From Chara braunii (lineage: Eukaryota > Plantae > Charophyceae): a stretch of DNA of 64,000 bases. The position numbers and the translations under genes are program-made. Below, piece by piece: positions 25,115-36,737 of this stretch (the stretch's first letter is position 1; every line of letters starts with the position of its first letter). The notes under the pieces were generated by a model. It was not told the DNA's origin. It worked only from the letters and a program-made list of their open reading frames with translations, and did not search any database. The stretch covers positions 3,833,336 through 3,897,335 of the forward strand of contig BFEA01000020.1 in NCBI GenBank assembly GCA_003427395.1, given 5' to 3'.

Positions 25115-25247
25115 GAGAGGAAGGCGGCAGGCGGGATTGCAACCCGTAATCCGCGCCAAGGCCTCTGTGGGAGGTTCGCCCCACCGATTGCGGGAGCTCT
25201 GCCGGAACTCAAGAGGAGTTCTGGAGGCAGGGAACTCAGAGGTAATC
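25115..25247 (+). ncRNA. Conserved multi-hairpin element upstream of the hairpin array; also at 32065-32195 and 48669-48800
   Basis: GCGGG-ATTGCAA-CCCGT, GTGGG/CCCAC and CTGCC/GGCAG stems; GAACTC/GAGTTC versus GAGCCC/GGGTTC covariation between the families. Confidence 0.5.
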
Positions 25248-25502
25248 ATTGCTTTCCCTTATTAAACCCAGTACAACCCCTATCTATACATCTCCCTGTG
25301 TATTGACTGACTGTATTCTATGCGACCCTTAGTTTGACTTTGGATTGACTTTCAGGACACAAATCAGACCAACTAAAAGAATGTTTGTATAATGGCAATT
25401 TCAGTTTCTTGATTGTCTGAAGGCAGATTGTCACAAGGGGTTGCATCAAGGGGAAGGTTGGGATGAAGGCAGTTTTGTTTGCGATTGAATGCGTCTTATA
25501 GG

Positions 25503-26331
25503 GTCAGGCATTGTTTCTAAGATGAATGACCTGACTGTTATGTTTTGTTCTGTTTTCTAAAAAACCAAGCATTGTTTTTAGGATGAATGGCTTGGTTGCT
25601 GTGTTTCTTTAATTGTGTCAGGCATTGTTTCTAAGATGAATGGCTTGACCACGTATTTCTGAGGGGTATTGCTTGCTTGACTTTTGAGGGTCAGACATTG
25701 TTTCTAAGATGAATGGTCTGGCTGTTGTTTTACTTGGGTGGTTTCTGAACAGTCTCTTGGTCAGACCCAGGGTACTCTGTTTTTTTTGTGTGCTGAAAAA
25801 GGGAGAGCTGAGCATTGTTTCTAAGATGAATGACTCATCTCTCCTTGATTGTTTTTATTCTGAGGGAGGATTCAGGGCCAGACGACTAGACATTGTTTCT
25901 AAAATGAATGGTCTAAGTCTGAGGCCTCAGGACCATAATGAGAACGAAGGAATAAGATTCTCTATAATGTTGACGATATATGTACTTATATACGAACAAG
26001 GCTAGTCAGGCATTGTTTATAAGATGAATGGCCTGACTATAGCCTTATCACAAGCAAAGAGAGTATAATCAAGAGTTATAAGTGAAGGTAACTTGGGCCG
26101 ACTGAGCTTTGTTTCTAAGATGAATGGCTCAGTCCTACGCTCATTCTTGAAGATGGAGTTCAGAGAGGATTATATAATTTGACTACTTAAACAGTTTAGG
26201 GCGACTAAGCATGGTTTCTAAGATGAATGGCTTAGTCATATGCCCAATGAAGAGAAAAGTAGTTGTGTAACCTGTTCGTGTATAACTAAGGCAGAGGGCT
26301 GACATTGTTTCTAAGATGAATGGCCAGTCCC
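25503..26331 (+). repeat. Array of 10 hairpins with core CATTGTTTCTAAGATGAATGG
   Basis: Cores at 25509, 25570, 25623, 25696, 25813, 25891, 26011, 26107, 26210 and 26303, each closed by its own inverted repeat; spacers unique. Confidence 0.9.
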
Positions 26332-26516
26332 AATGCCCTATGTAAGCAGGGTATAAAGGGTTAAAACACTGAAAGACTATGAACTAATGTTTGTTAAGTC
26401 AACCTGGGGTTGGTGAGAGTACTTACCTTTGTGGTTTGGCTTGCATGTGGCTGAGTGGCATCACTGCCTAGTCTGAGTTTGAGTTGATAGGTAGTTGCTG
26501 TAGTGGCTTGCAACGT

Positions 26517-29500
26517 TGTCGGCACCAATACCCTTACAAGGGTAATTGTGCGTACTTCTGCACCTCGCAGGAGGAGCACTCTTGAATAAATTTAAGGAAG
26601 TAGCGTGTTTTTCGCTCGATCGTGACTGACTTTGAAGTCAGGGACGGCGGGCGCATGTATAAATTATTCAAAGAGTGTGTGGGCGTGCACTTTGTGGGCG
26701 CGCGTTAGTCAAATAGTGTGAACAGACGGACCGCTCAGCGGTCCAAGTCAGAAGTAAGCTAGGGGTTCGGATAGCGTAGCACGGGCCGCAGACTTCGAAC
26801 GTACTGACGGAGTCGCCACAGGCGCGAAGTTAGACCGTCGAAGCTATGGCTAGAGGAAAACTTTCGACTGACTTGCGGAAGTGCGGCATTTTGAGGCCGC
26901 ACCATGTGAAGTATGCAAGTACTACAATTGACTATAAAGGTATCGACGGTAGGAGCTGTAACAAAATTTAGCTAGGTACGACGCGTGGATACGGCGCGAG
27001 CAAAAGTCGGGGTCTTTCCGACCAAAGACGATAAAAGCATGCTCTTTTCGATGATACTGCGGGCTACAAGAGCCTCGGCCCGTGACCGCGGCATGGTGGG
27101 GAAGTGCGCATGGTAAACTCAGCAATAACCATCCTCCAAACAGAGAACATGGCCGTACGGGGCTTGGGCTCAAGGGGCAGACCAAGAGAAGGCGCTGGTG
27201 CACATTTGCAGGCCCGGATAGGCTGTAACAGCCTGCAGTTACTCTTCATATGCAGAACTGGGCCTGCTACAACCAGACTTGGGCTTAGCCCTATTGGTTA
27301 CAACATTGGATTTTCACCAGTGACGGAGCGAGGAGTGCGTTTGGAGATTAACTGAGGGGTTGAGGGTCCTGCAGGACTGTCCCCCTTGTTTTTGTTGGGA
27401 AGCCCAGCAGCGGGCCCGCGAGGTAGGACCAAGTACCAACGGTCCCCTCGCCGATCCGTTTTCATAGCTATTATTTCTAAATTTATTTTATTTTATTTTA
27501 TTTTATTTATTTATTTATTTATTTTCTTTCTCGTTCCCGAAGAGTTCTTGCGCACGATCTGTGAGTGGCACCGTGTGACCAGCAAAGTACCGATCCGCCA
27601 TCGCTGCAGACAGGCGAGGCCTTGTCTCTTCTGAGAAGGTACGGTAGTGTGATCTAAACCATGCCCGAAAACCTCAAGTTCGGCCTATTCCAAATCTGCG
27701 TTTTTCGTAGGTATGGAGTCGCAGTGTGAGCCTCCCCGGTGGGACTAACAAGATGGTGAATTGTGACGGGGCCATGCGGTACCACAGGGAGTGTCAGTAG
27801 GGGCCCGCAGCAATACCGCTGCCAACCATCCATCGGACCTAGGTATAGGGCGGAAGGGTAGCCAGACCACCAAGTAGCAGGTTCCCTCAGTAGGTCTCCC
27901 TCGGGGTAGCTGGAGCTGTGGAGCTGTCTTACTGCACAGCAGTGAGGCCAAACCCCGGCAGGAGGGGGACTGTGGTGACTTCTGCATCTGGTAGCAAGAT
28001 TGGCCAGGCAAAGAACCAGCTGGCCCGCTCAATTGGTACACCCATGAACTGTTGAAAATACAGACTCGAGTCTGAAGTTCAAATGAGGCAAATAAACAGC
28101 ATGCCCTACCCAACTGAGTTGCCGTTCCCTTGTTTTTGGCGTTACGGGACTTGATCCATAGGCCTATAGACTAGTGTTTTTTTTTTTGTTTTTTTTTTTT
28201 TGACAAAGTCAGGCCTGTTCAATTTTATTATTATTATTATTATTTTATTATCATAGGTAGGCCGTAGGTTTGGAACCCTCTTAGTTTGGTTTTCCATCTA
28301 GGTACGTGTAGGCAAATTTTACAATGAAGTCATAGATGTTTGTTGTCTGGACGACCAGATAGGTCGGTAGGGGACTGCCGTGAGGTGGGGAGAAGAATCA
28401 AGTAGAAAAGGGGGCGGAGGTCGACGGTCTTGAGGTTCACCTCGCTGCTCTTTCTGTTCGCAGTCCTAGTGGAGAGTGCGCTGTTTCTCCGCTACGCTGA
28501 ATACGGGCATGTACACGGGGTATCCACCACGTTGATTGCGGCCATAGCTAAGGCCGCGCGGCTCCACTAGCAGCAGCGCCGGACTCTGCACTCAAACCAA
28601 CAAGGCTGCATTGACTGAAGGAAGGAGTGAATCTGGACGCATATCTGCGCCAGGTGCATTCAGAGGAACGAACGAAATTGATGAAGAAAGGAAGGATGTG
28701 TATGCCAAGGGGGCGAGAAATATACAACTGGCTCGTTTCGGAGTAGATCTGAGTAGCGAAAAGTGCCTTGAAGGAGCTTTTTGACGGGCGAATGGAATGG
28801 CAGCCGGAGTTTGGTGGATCGGAGAGTGTATGGGGGAGTAGAGGAAAAAGAGAGCCAGCGAAAGTGTCGAGGGAGACAGTGAGGAGAAAAAAGGGGGTAG
28901 ATTTTGATTATCTCGGTCGTTCCTTGGTCATTTTGAGCAAACTAAGACTCTAAACTAGGGTTTTTAGACATGGCGAGTCAGTCTGTAGCATCAGAATTTG
29001 ATTTTAACAGGTCGCATGGCAGGTATAAGGATTAAATACTGCGCAGGGTAATGAACCTGGTCACTTTTTAACGGGAGATTCGTTCGCATTTTTGCACACT
29101 AGGAGAATAGCAGAACATGATCGTAGCTGCGCACCATTACCCTCACTCTCAACAAGGAGGGGAATTGAATCTGACCATGGGTCTGCGAGAGATGCATTCG
29201 GAATAGACAAAGAAAATGGNGGAGTAGAGAGGAAAAACCAGCAAGNGGATGGAAGAGCTCGTAACTCACCCGTTTCCTAACANAACTAGGTNGAGGAGAG
29301 CACTACTCCAACGTTTTTGGGTAGGGCGAGTACAGTAGTCACGTTAGTTTTGGCGTTAGTATAGTGGGAAAGGAGTTAGAAGAAACAGAGGTGCGCGGGG
29401 CAAGGGGAAAGTGACGAGGAGAAAAGCCAGAAGAGGATGTGTGACTATGGAAGAGGAAGCAGGGAGGGGGCAAGGTAAAAGAGCCCGAGGTTCGCAGTGA

Positions 29501-32500
29501 ATTGAGAGGGAAATAAAGAAGAAGGGTCGAGCTTACCTGGTCAACTACTACCATGTGTCGTTCTGCGCCAATATGCAATGTATCTGGCAAAGACCTGGCG
29601 GAAGATCCGTCTTCTTTTCTTTCTGTGAGAGGAGCCTCGTTATTGCAGTCACGAAGCCGCGCATGCTTGAAGCCGCTATATTACCTTCATGGTTGTGGAT
29701 CGAGATTGCAGTACTCTTCAGTACGCTGATGATCATCGGGCACTATCGGAAATGACTGTGTCGCTTGTAATCGCCGTCGTCAGGACCACGATCATCGGGG
29801 ACAACTATTTGCTATCCTATCTGTGCAAGTAAGGACAGAGAAAGAAAGCTCACCTTTATCGTTTTCAAGGATCATGCTGAATTTTGCTCGAGATTTCGGG
29901 TGTATCCCCCTGTGTTCAAGCGGGAGATCTATTCGCATTCGGCACGACTGATACATGGGCTGCGTGGAATGCATCCTCCCATGTTCTAGTGGAGGATTCA
30001 TTCACGTTTACAGTGAATGAGGGAAGTTATGGCATGCTCGCCTCCCCCATCTGATTGGCAGGCTGCCCGTTGTTACTATCCCAGAGGGATTGTTGCATTC
30101 GCTTTTTCAGGGTCATTACGGTCCTAATGGTCGCAATACCTATCTATGTCGTACTGGAACCCACAGTTTTCTGAGTGCTCGTTATCATTGCCCTTCGTAC
30201 TCGTCGTCTAGCTCGTCATAGTCATTTTCGCGCCTGTTACTGATTCTCTTTCCGGTTCATTCCCACTTCGCAGATTTGGTAAGTAAGTATTGCGTGGAGC
30301 ACTCAATATGGCACCTTACTCATGGTTACTTAGATATTGTTCATAATCCTAAGCACACTAGTTATCACAATCCGGTGAAGCTTGCACTGCTCATTGCGGG
30401 GCTTGAGAAGGAGGGAAGGAGGATTACGCTAACAAAGTGTGCAGATGATGAAAAGCGAGAAAGAGAGGGGGGAAATGAACTCACGAGGTTCAAACATATC
30501 AAGGACTGATGAACGGTTGTGGCTAGTGGGTAGAGTGAGTTGCCTGCCTAAATACGTTAATAAGTGGGGCTTCTGTTGACAGAGGGAACTCACGAGAGTC
30601 TGAGACAACTGAGATCAACGAGTTGTTAACTTTTACTTGACCCTGGGAGGGTTGATGCTAGTAGTGTTGTTGCCCTTTGATGATCAGGCTGCGATCTCAA
30701 GCTGTCGTGTACACTGTCGAACTCCCACAGGTGTTTATCTTGATCTGTGTGTTGCCCTTTGTTCAATCCATTGAGATCACCGTAATGGTTTAGCAGGCGT
30801 GTTTGGCCTCGTCACCCTACTATCCATAATCAATTATGCGGTTGTTTAGCGGTTGGGTCTGATTGTCACTGCCAAGATTCCCACAGTCATTATCAGGCTT
30901 ATATTTAGGTGACTCGCTAAGAGTGAGTCAGTTGGAGTTATATTTGTTACTCAGGTGCTGCCGTTTTCTTGGGTCAAGCGAGACTACGGATTGACCAGGC
31001 AGACGATATTGGTGTCCTTTTCAGTCAAATGTCCCCAATTGTCTCAAGTGATTGCTGCTATCTGCGGTGCATGGTCGCTGTGTTTACCACTGAACTACAG
31101 ACGTGGTGAGATTATTAGAAGGGTTTGTTGCGCAGTAAAATGGTGCTGCTACTGTGAACCAGTACTTGCGGATGGGCAGGCTCCTAAATTGTTGTGATCT
31201 ACCCAAAATAAGCAGACTGCCACTATCGGGCTGTTATTTCGGGTTGCTACGACATATAAAATACTGTTCTCTTGAGCTTTGAGTACGGATGCTACTATTG
31301 TAGTCCCTGGTGACAGCAGTAGCTACTTACCATATTAAAAAGCGATCGTTTCGGGTTCTTTTGTAAACAACTACCTACTGTGGAGCTGTTGTGCATTACA
31401 ACACCGCTGCTAACGTGGTGCTGACCTGAAGGTTATCGCTGTGAGAGTTTGCTGTGCTACAACTTAGTGGACTTCGATTGCTATGTTTCGGGGCTGCTGA
31501 GGCGGTAGCAGAGTGTTGGCCTCGTGAGTGCATAACGTCGAACTGCTGTGTGTTTTGACGGTACTATTGGCTGGGTAGTTTGTGGCACTCCTGCTGTGGG
31601 AATTCGGCTCCTTATTATTGCACAATTGTTGTGTCTTCATTGCGCTTTTGTCATATGCTGTTGGAACGGCTGTGCATTTGATGTGCACGCTGAATTCCTT
31701 TTTTGAGTAGCACTGTGTTTCGCCTACAGTCTGAATAGAGCACGTGGGTGTGCTTCATTTGAGTGCATCTTTAATAGGTTGGGTAGTTGTAGTTGGATCG
31801 AGTTTGAAGCATTGAGATTTCGAGGAGTGACCTGACTCTTTAGAGGAGCCGTTGCTGCAACTTGGGATCGTCAGAGAGCCAATGGCCAACTATTTTACTT
31901 CAGTTTGATTGGTGGCTGCGCGTTTTGGCCGCCATTGTGGGGCCCTCAGGCGAACCAAGATTTCAAGGCCCTCTCATTGTGAGTTGAGTTGTCCCACCTT
32001 TGGGTCTCGAGAGTCTGAACTTTCTTTCGATGTCCTTCCCACTCTCAGTCTAGTCTAAGGTGACGAGAGGAAGGCGGCATGCGGGATTGCAACCCGTAGG
32101 TCTGCATTAAGACCTTGTGGGAGGTCCACCCACCGATTGCGGGAGCTCTGCCGGAGCCCAGGCGGGGTTCTGAAGGCAGGAAACTTCAGGTATACCTTCG
32201 TTAACCTGTGTGACCCCTTCCCTTAACCTTTATCCTTGGGCTACTTGAACACAGCTATGTGAGGTTATTACTTCTTACTTTTGTTATGTATGTGAGAACA
32301 TGCTCTGCAAAAGGTTTAATAAACACTTATATACGAGAAAAGTCAGATACTTTGAGCGAATTCAAATAGCATGAATTGGGGGAAGGCGAGAGGAAAATGT
32401 TCTGTATGCGTTTGACCGGGTCAACCCAAGGCTGAGCCCCTCCGGGTGGATGGGGGCTAAGTGCTGTGTTTTATTGAGGTTTGCTGATCTGAATGAGTGA

Positions 32501-35500
32501 CTCTTATGGCTGGTCTACTGGGTGGGATAGGATCAGTCGCTGTTTTATATGAGGGTTTCTGAACAGGAGGACGGGCACCCTGGGTGGGGAAGGCTCAGAA
32601 TCCTGGTGTTTATTTTAATGAGTTGCGGTGTGTGTTTTCTTCTGAGGGAGTAACGACATAAGACTAAGCGTACCCTAGGGTTAGGGCGGCTTAGCCATGA
32701 GCCATGAACTAAATGGTCAACCAGAGTATAAAACTTGATATATATACAATTTGAACTTATACTTCTGACAGACCGGGCGCCCCGGGTGGGGAAAGCCAGT
32801 CAGTAAGTCAGGTAGAACTAAGGAAGAGGGAAAGAGATGAAGAGTAAAACAAAGGTAATTGGGCAGACTGAACGTACCCTAGGGTTAGGGCGTTCAGTTA
32901 TATGCTCATGATAACACTAAGGAGCAGAGAGTTAGTATAAATCTGTTCTATTTTCCCTTCTAAACATGAGGCAGGATCGGAAGTTCCATTATTGGAAAGG
33001 TCCGATCGATTGATTAATAAGAGAAGGAAAAACATAAAGTCTGTGAAAGTATTTGTACCATATTTCATGTTGTATGGCTAACTAGGCGTACCCTAGGGTT
33101 AGGGTAGCCTAGCGATAAGCCTTTGTCGTTTAAAGTAAGTTGGAGGTACCCTAGGCTTAGGGCGGAGCACTGTTTTTGTGTTTAAGCCGTTCAGGCAGAT
33201 CAGGCACACCCTAGGGTTAGGGTAGCCTGATCACAATGCCTTATGTAACTTAAACTGTATGGCTAACTAGGCGAACCCTAGGGTTAGGGCGGCCTTATAA
33301 TATGCCTTTGTCGTTGATGTGCTGTGGGTTGGACGTACCCTAGGGTTAGGGCGGTTCAACTTTTTGTCGTTTGTACTTATGTTCAGGCAAGCTAGACCTG
33401 CCCCTGGGTAGGGATGGTCTAGAATGATGCCGTATGTAACTTTGTTTAAAGCACACTGGGCACACCCTAAGGTTAGGGCAGCCCAGTCCTATGCGCTTGT
33501 TGTCAGTTAGGCATATGCCTTATGTGTATAGTTCATGTTATGTTGGGCACACCCTAGGGTTAGGGCAGTCCAAATGTGCGTGCCTTACTTGTGTACCTAG
33601 GCAGGTCAGGCATACCCTAGGGTTANNGCCTTGTCTGACCGTATGNCATAGGAAAGGGGGATGTAAAAGGGAATAACGAGGTTTTTGAACGAACTATGAG
33701 GTTGAAAGAAACCTGAGGGTTAGTGAGAGATGTTCGTTGTGATTGTTTGTGTGTGTGTTTGCGGGCTCTCACTCTGGGGCATCTTTTGATAGGATTAGTT
33801 GCTTTAGATGCTCGCTGAGTGCTGGAGCCATAGACAGATAAGATGGATGATGGAAGAGAAGCTTAGGATAAAATAGGACTTGACAGTCTAGGATTTAGGA
33901 TCAGTGTTAGCTCACGCTCTCATCTAGAGGTCGTGCAGACTATCGCTGATTCTACCTTTCAAAGTAAGCGTCAGAAGTTAGTCCCAAGTATAGTTTTGCT
34001 TTGTTTTCCTATTTTCAGCTTTGTATAAATCTTGGCAGCCTCCTTTTCCTACGGGAAGCGCTGCCGAAATTTCTACAAATTTGAAGAGTTAGTCATTTTT
34101 GGGCTTTCAGAAATTTTGAAAAGGCACTTTTCCTACGGGAAGCGCTGCCGAAATTTCGTAGAATTCGAGGAGTTATTATAAATTTCTGCTAGGAGAAACT
34201 TGACAAATCCACCCAGAGTAGGGGAGATGCTGCCGAATTTCTCAGTGACTTGGCACTAGTAAGGGAAGCTGAGCAAGAGATTAATAGAGGGGCTAGGATA
34301 CGAGCTAGAAAGTACTCTCCATGTGGGGTAAACGTAGTAGTGGTTCTTTTTGGCCTGTACTGTGATGCAGGTCTCTGTGATTCGACTGAAGGCTTGATCT
34401 GACCAGCATAATCCTATTAAAGATTATTCTTCTGTTATCGTTGATAACAGGTCGGTTGCCGATTCGTCAGTTTACGACTCAACTTTCCTACTACTTCTGC
34501 TTCTCAACCTAAGGTCTTGACCCTTGCTGGGTTTTATGTTTTCTTGGGTTTTTCTGTAAATGGTCATTTCTTTAAGGACTGAGTATCTTTGTTCTGGAAA
34601 GGTGGGAAAAAGGTTGGGCTTGTGTGCGTAAGGCAGGGTGTGAGATGCAGAAGACTGAAAAGTTGACCATTTTAGTGTGTGTCATGTCGTTTGAATTCTG
34701 TGTGTGATCGCAATTATGTGTGGAGAAACCTCTATAAAGTTTGGTGATTGGTTGTGAATTGGATTGAGATGGGCAAATCACACAAATGTCGTGAGAGTGA
34801 ACTACCACATAAACTCTTTGTTTGATTGCGATCGGACTTTTCCTATCCTGATTCTTTGATAGTCAAAGTAGGCGTACGCTCGGATAACCCTCACAAGGAT
34901 ATGCGACTACACGCTTACGGCCCTCTTTTACTCTTTGATTTTATATGGTCGAACGTTAGTCTCAGGTCCTAGGTTCGTGGCTGAAAAGATTACCCTTCGC
35001 ACAACTCTGACTTACTTACTTTCCTAGGAAAACAGAAGCGTCACGAGAAGGAGGGACTGACCCCCAGCACCTCGGTCCGGCAGATCATTCATGTCTTCTT
35101 CTGCTAGCATCAAGCGCCCCTTTTCTCTTTCCTTGTCCAATTTGTTTTGGTGGAAGGATAAAGTTCAGGGCGGAAGGGTTAGCGTGTCGCTGGTGATGCG
35201 CCAGACAACTCACCACCGCTCCGACTCCCTTCCTGCCTTAGGGACCATCTTACCTCGCACCCCCTGGGACACCTCAGGGTGCTGAAGACGGTAAGGCCCT
35301 CAGACCGTTTTTTGCGCTCGCTAAAGGTTTGCCCCCTTTAGCGTGCACTTTAGCCGACGCCTGAGCGTCGAGAGCGACCCCATGGCTTAAACGAGCCACT
35401 CGGGTATGGGCACTACATGGTGCGCCGACATCACGATTGCTTACACAAATCCGTATTGTTGGTCGGTATGCGAAAGTCCAGTGTTCGCGTGGCCTTATGT

Positions 35501-36737
35501 TAACCCGCGCGCGTGACACTTACCGATTTCCGCATCTGAAAGTTATGGGTCAAGCAAAAAGGGCAAAGGCGCATTATGGCTAGTATGCCCGAGTTTCGAT
35601 AGCGTGAAACGGCGCGTGGGCGAGATATCAATCCCAGTCGACGTATGGGGGTTCTCGTACGAGCCTCCAACGCCTCGAACAACGGGTTGCCTATGGGTCC
35701 GGCTTTGGGCACCATCCGCACGCATCTCGCGGGTTGGCCTACACCTTCTTCTTGAGACTACTATCAGACTATGAGCTAGACAGAGAGATGAAATAGGGCG
35801 ATCCTCCCTTTCTATCTGCAGTTGTTTCCTCTTTTAAATTTTCTTGGTTGAACGTTGTAGTCCATAATAGCCGCCAAAGTCAAACCCCTTGATTTTGGCT
35901 ACCACGACAACTCTGAAGTTGTCTACTCAACCCCTCTGCATAGGGTGCAGAAGAGGGTGTGGTCTTCAACCGCACATGGCGGTTGTCTGGCGTCGAGAGA
36001 TTACCCCTCAAAGCGCCTGTCAGCCGATACTTGAGTGTCGAACGCGACCCTCGAGATTATCAAGGGCCGCAAGGCTACGAGTACCACATAGTACCCCATC
36101 AGCGCAAATGTTTGCGAATGTCCACACGGCTGTCGATATGAGGAGGTCATGAGCACGCACGACTCTTATGCAAAAGTTCAGCGCGCGATGCCTACCTGAT
36201 TCTCGCAGCATGAAGTTATAGGTTGGATACTGAAGGGACTAGGAGTGTTGTGATGTTATGTTTGTTTTGTGTTTTTCCATGTGTTATGTGTGGGTAGATG
36301 TGAGTGTTGTGGTGTAACGCGTGGTGTGTGTGATGCGTCCTAGTCGACCGGCGCCGAGTCGCGTTTGGGACCTCAACCCCCCAGTACGTCGATTGGTGTG
36401 CGGGTTCGATATTTCGGGTGTTCAACCGCGCGTAACCCCCTATGCTACAGCGAACAAGAAACGCCCTCGGCTGGGCCACCTCTGCAATTGCATACGAAAA
36501 GTTTTCGCATGTGGTTCGGTAGCTCGGCAGGGACACGCCCACCTAAGGGATAGAGACAGCTCCCTCAGGTGGAGGTAAAGCGGTGCCTCGCGTGACTCTG
36601 TCCTGTCACAGGGACTCGCGAGAGGTACGGCTGGCGCACTCGGCCGGAGCGGCACCTCGCTCTCCTCGATGGAAGTCCTGCCAAATCCTGCGTGACGCGG
36701 TCGGGAGGGTCCCCTTGCGAGACCGATGCGCTCGACA
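26517..36737 (+). mobile_element. Nested ~10.2-kb solo LTR of a sister family
   Basis: Same terminal motifs (TGTCGGC..AATACCCTTACAAGGGT / GACCGATGCG..CGACA); TSD ACGT/ACTT (1 mismatch); the empty site ACGT is present in the 3' LTR at 50071; colinear homology blocks with the host LTR; no PBS seen. Confidence 0.8.
32432..33640 (+). repeat. Array of ~16 hairpins, ~10 with core CCCTAGGGTTAGGG
   Basis: For example GACTAAGC..GCTTAGCC (32662), GATCAGGC..GCCTGATC (33198), GTTGGAC..GTTCAAC (33328), ACTGGGC..GCCCAGT (33454). Confidence 0.88.

Noticed and set aside
25503-26331. CRISPR array
   Set aside because: Eukaryotic LTR context, irregular spacing, variable palindromic flanks, spacers homologous between families, and no cas genes.
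30117-30140. LSU rRNA / I-CeuI-site-like sequence ACGGTCCTAA
   Set aside because: Only ~10 nt match, with no flanking rRNA similarity.
28640-30490. Antisense spliced gene inside the solo LTR
   Set aside because: Several minus-strand GTGAG/GTAAG donors exist, but I could not assemble a coherent exon chain or a recognisable protein.
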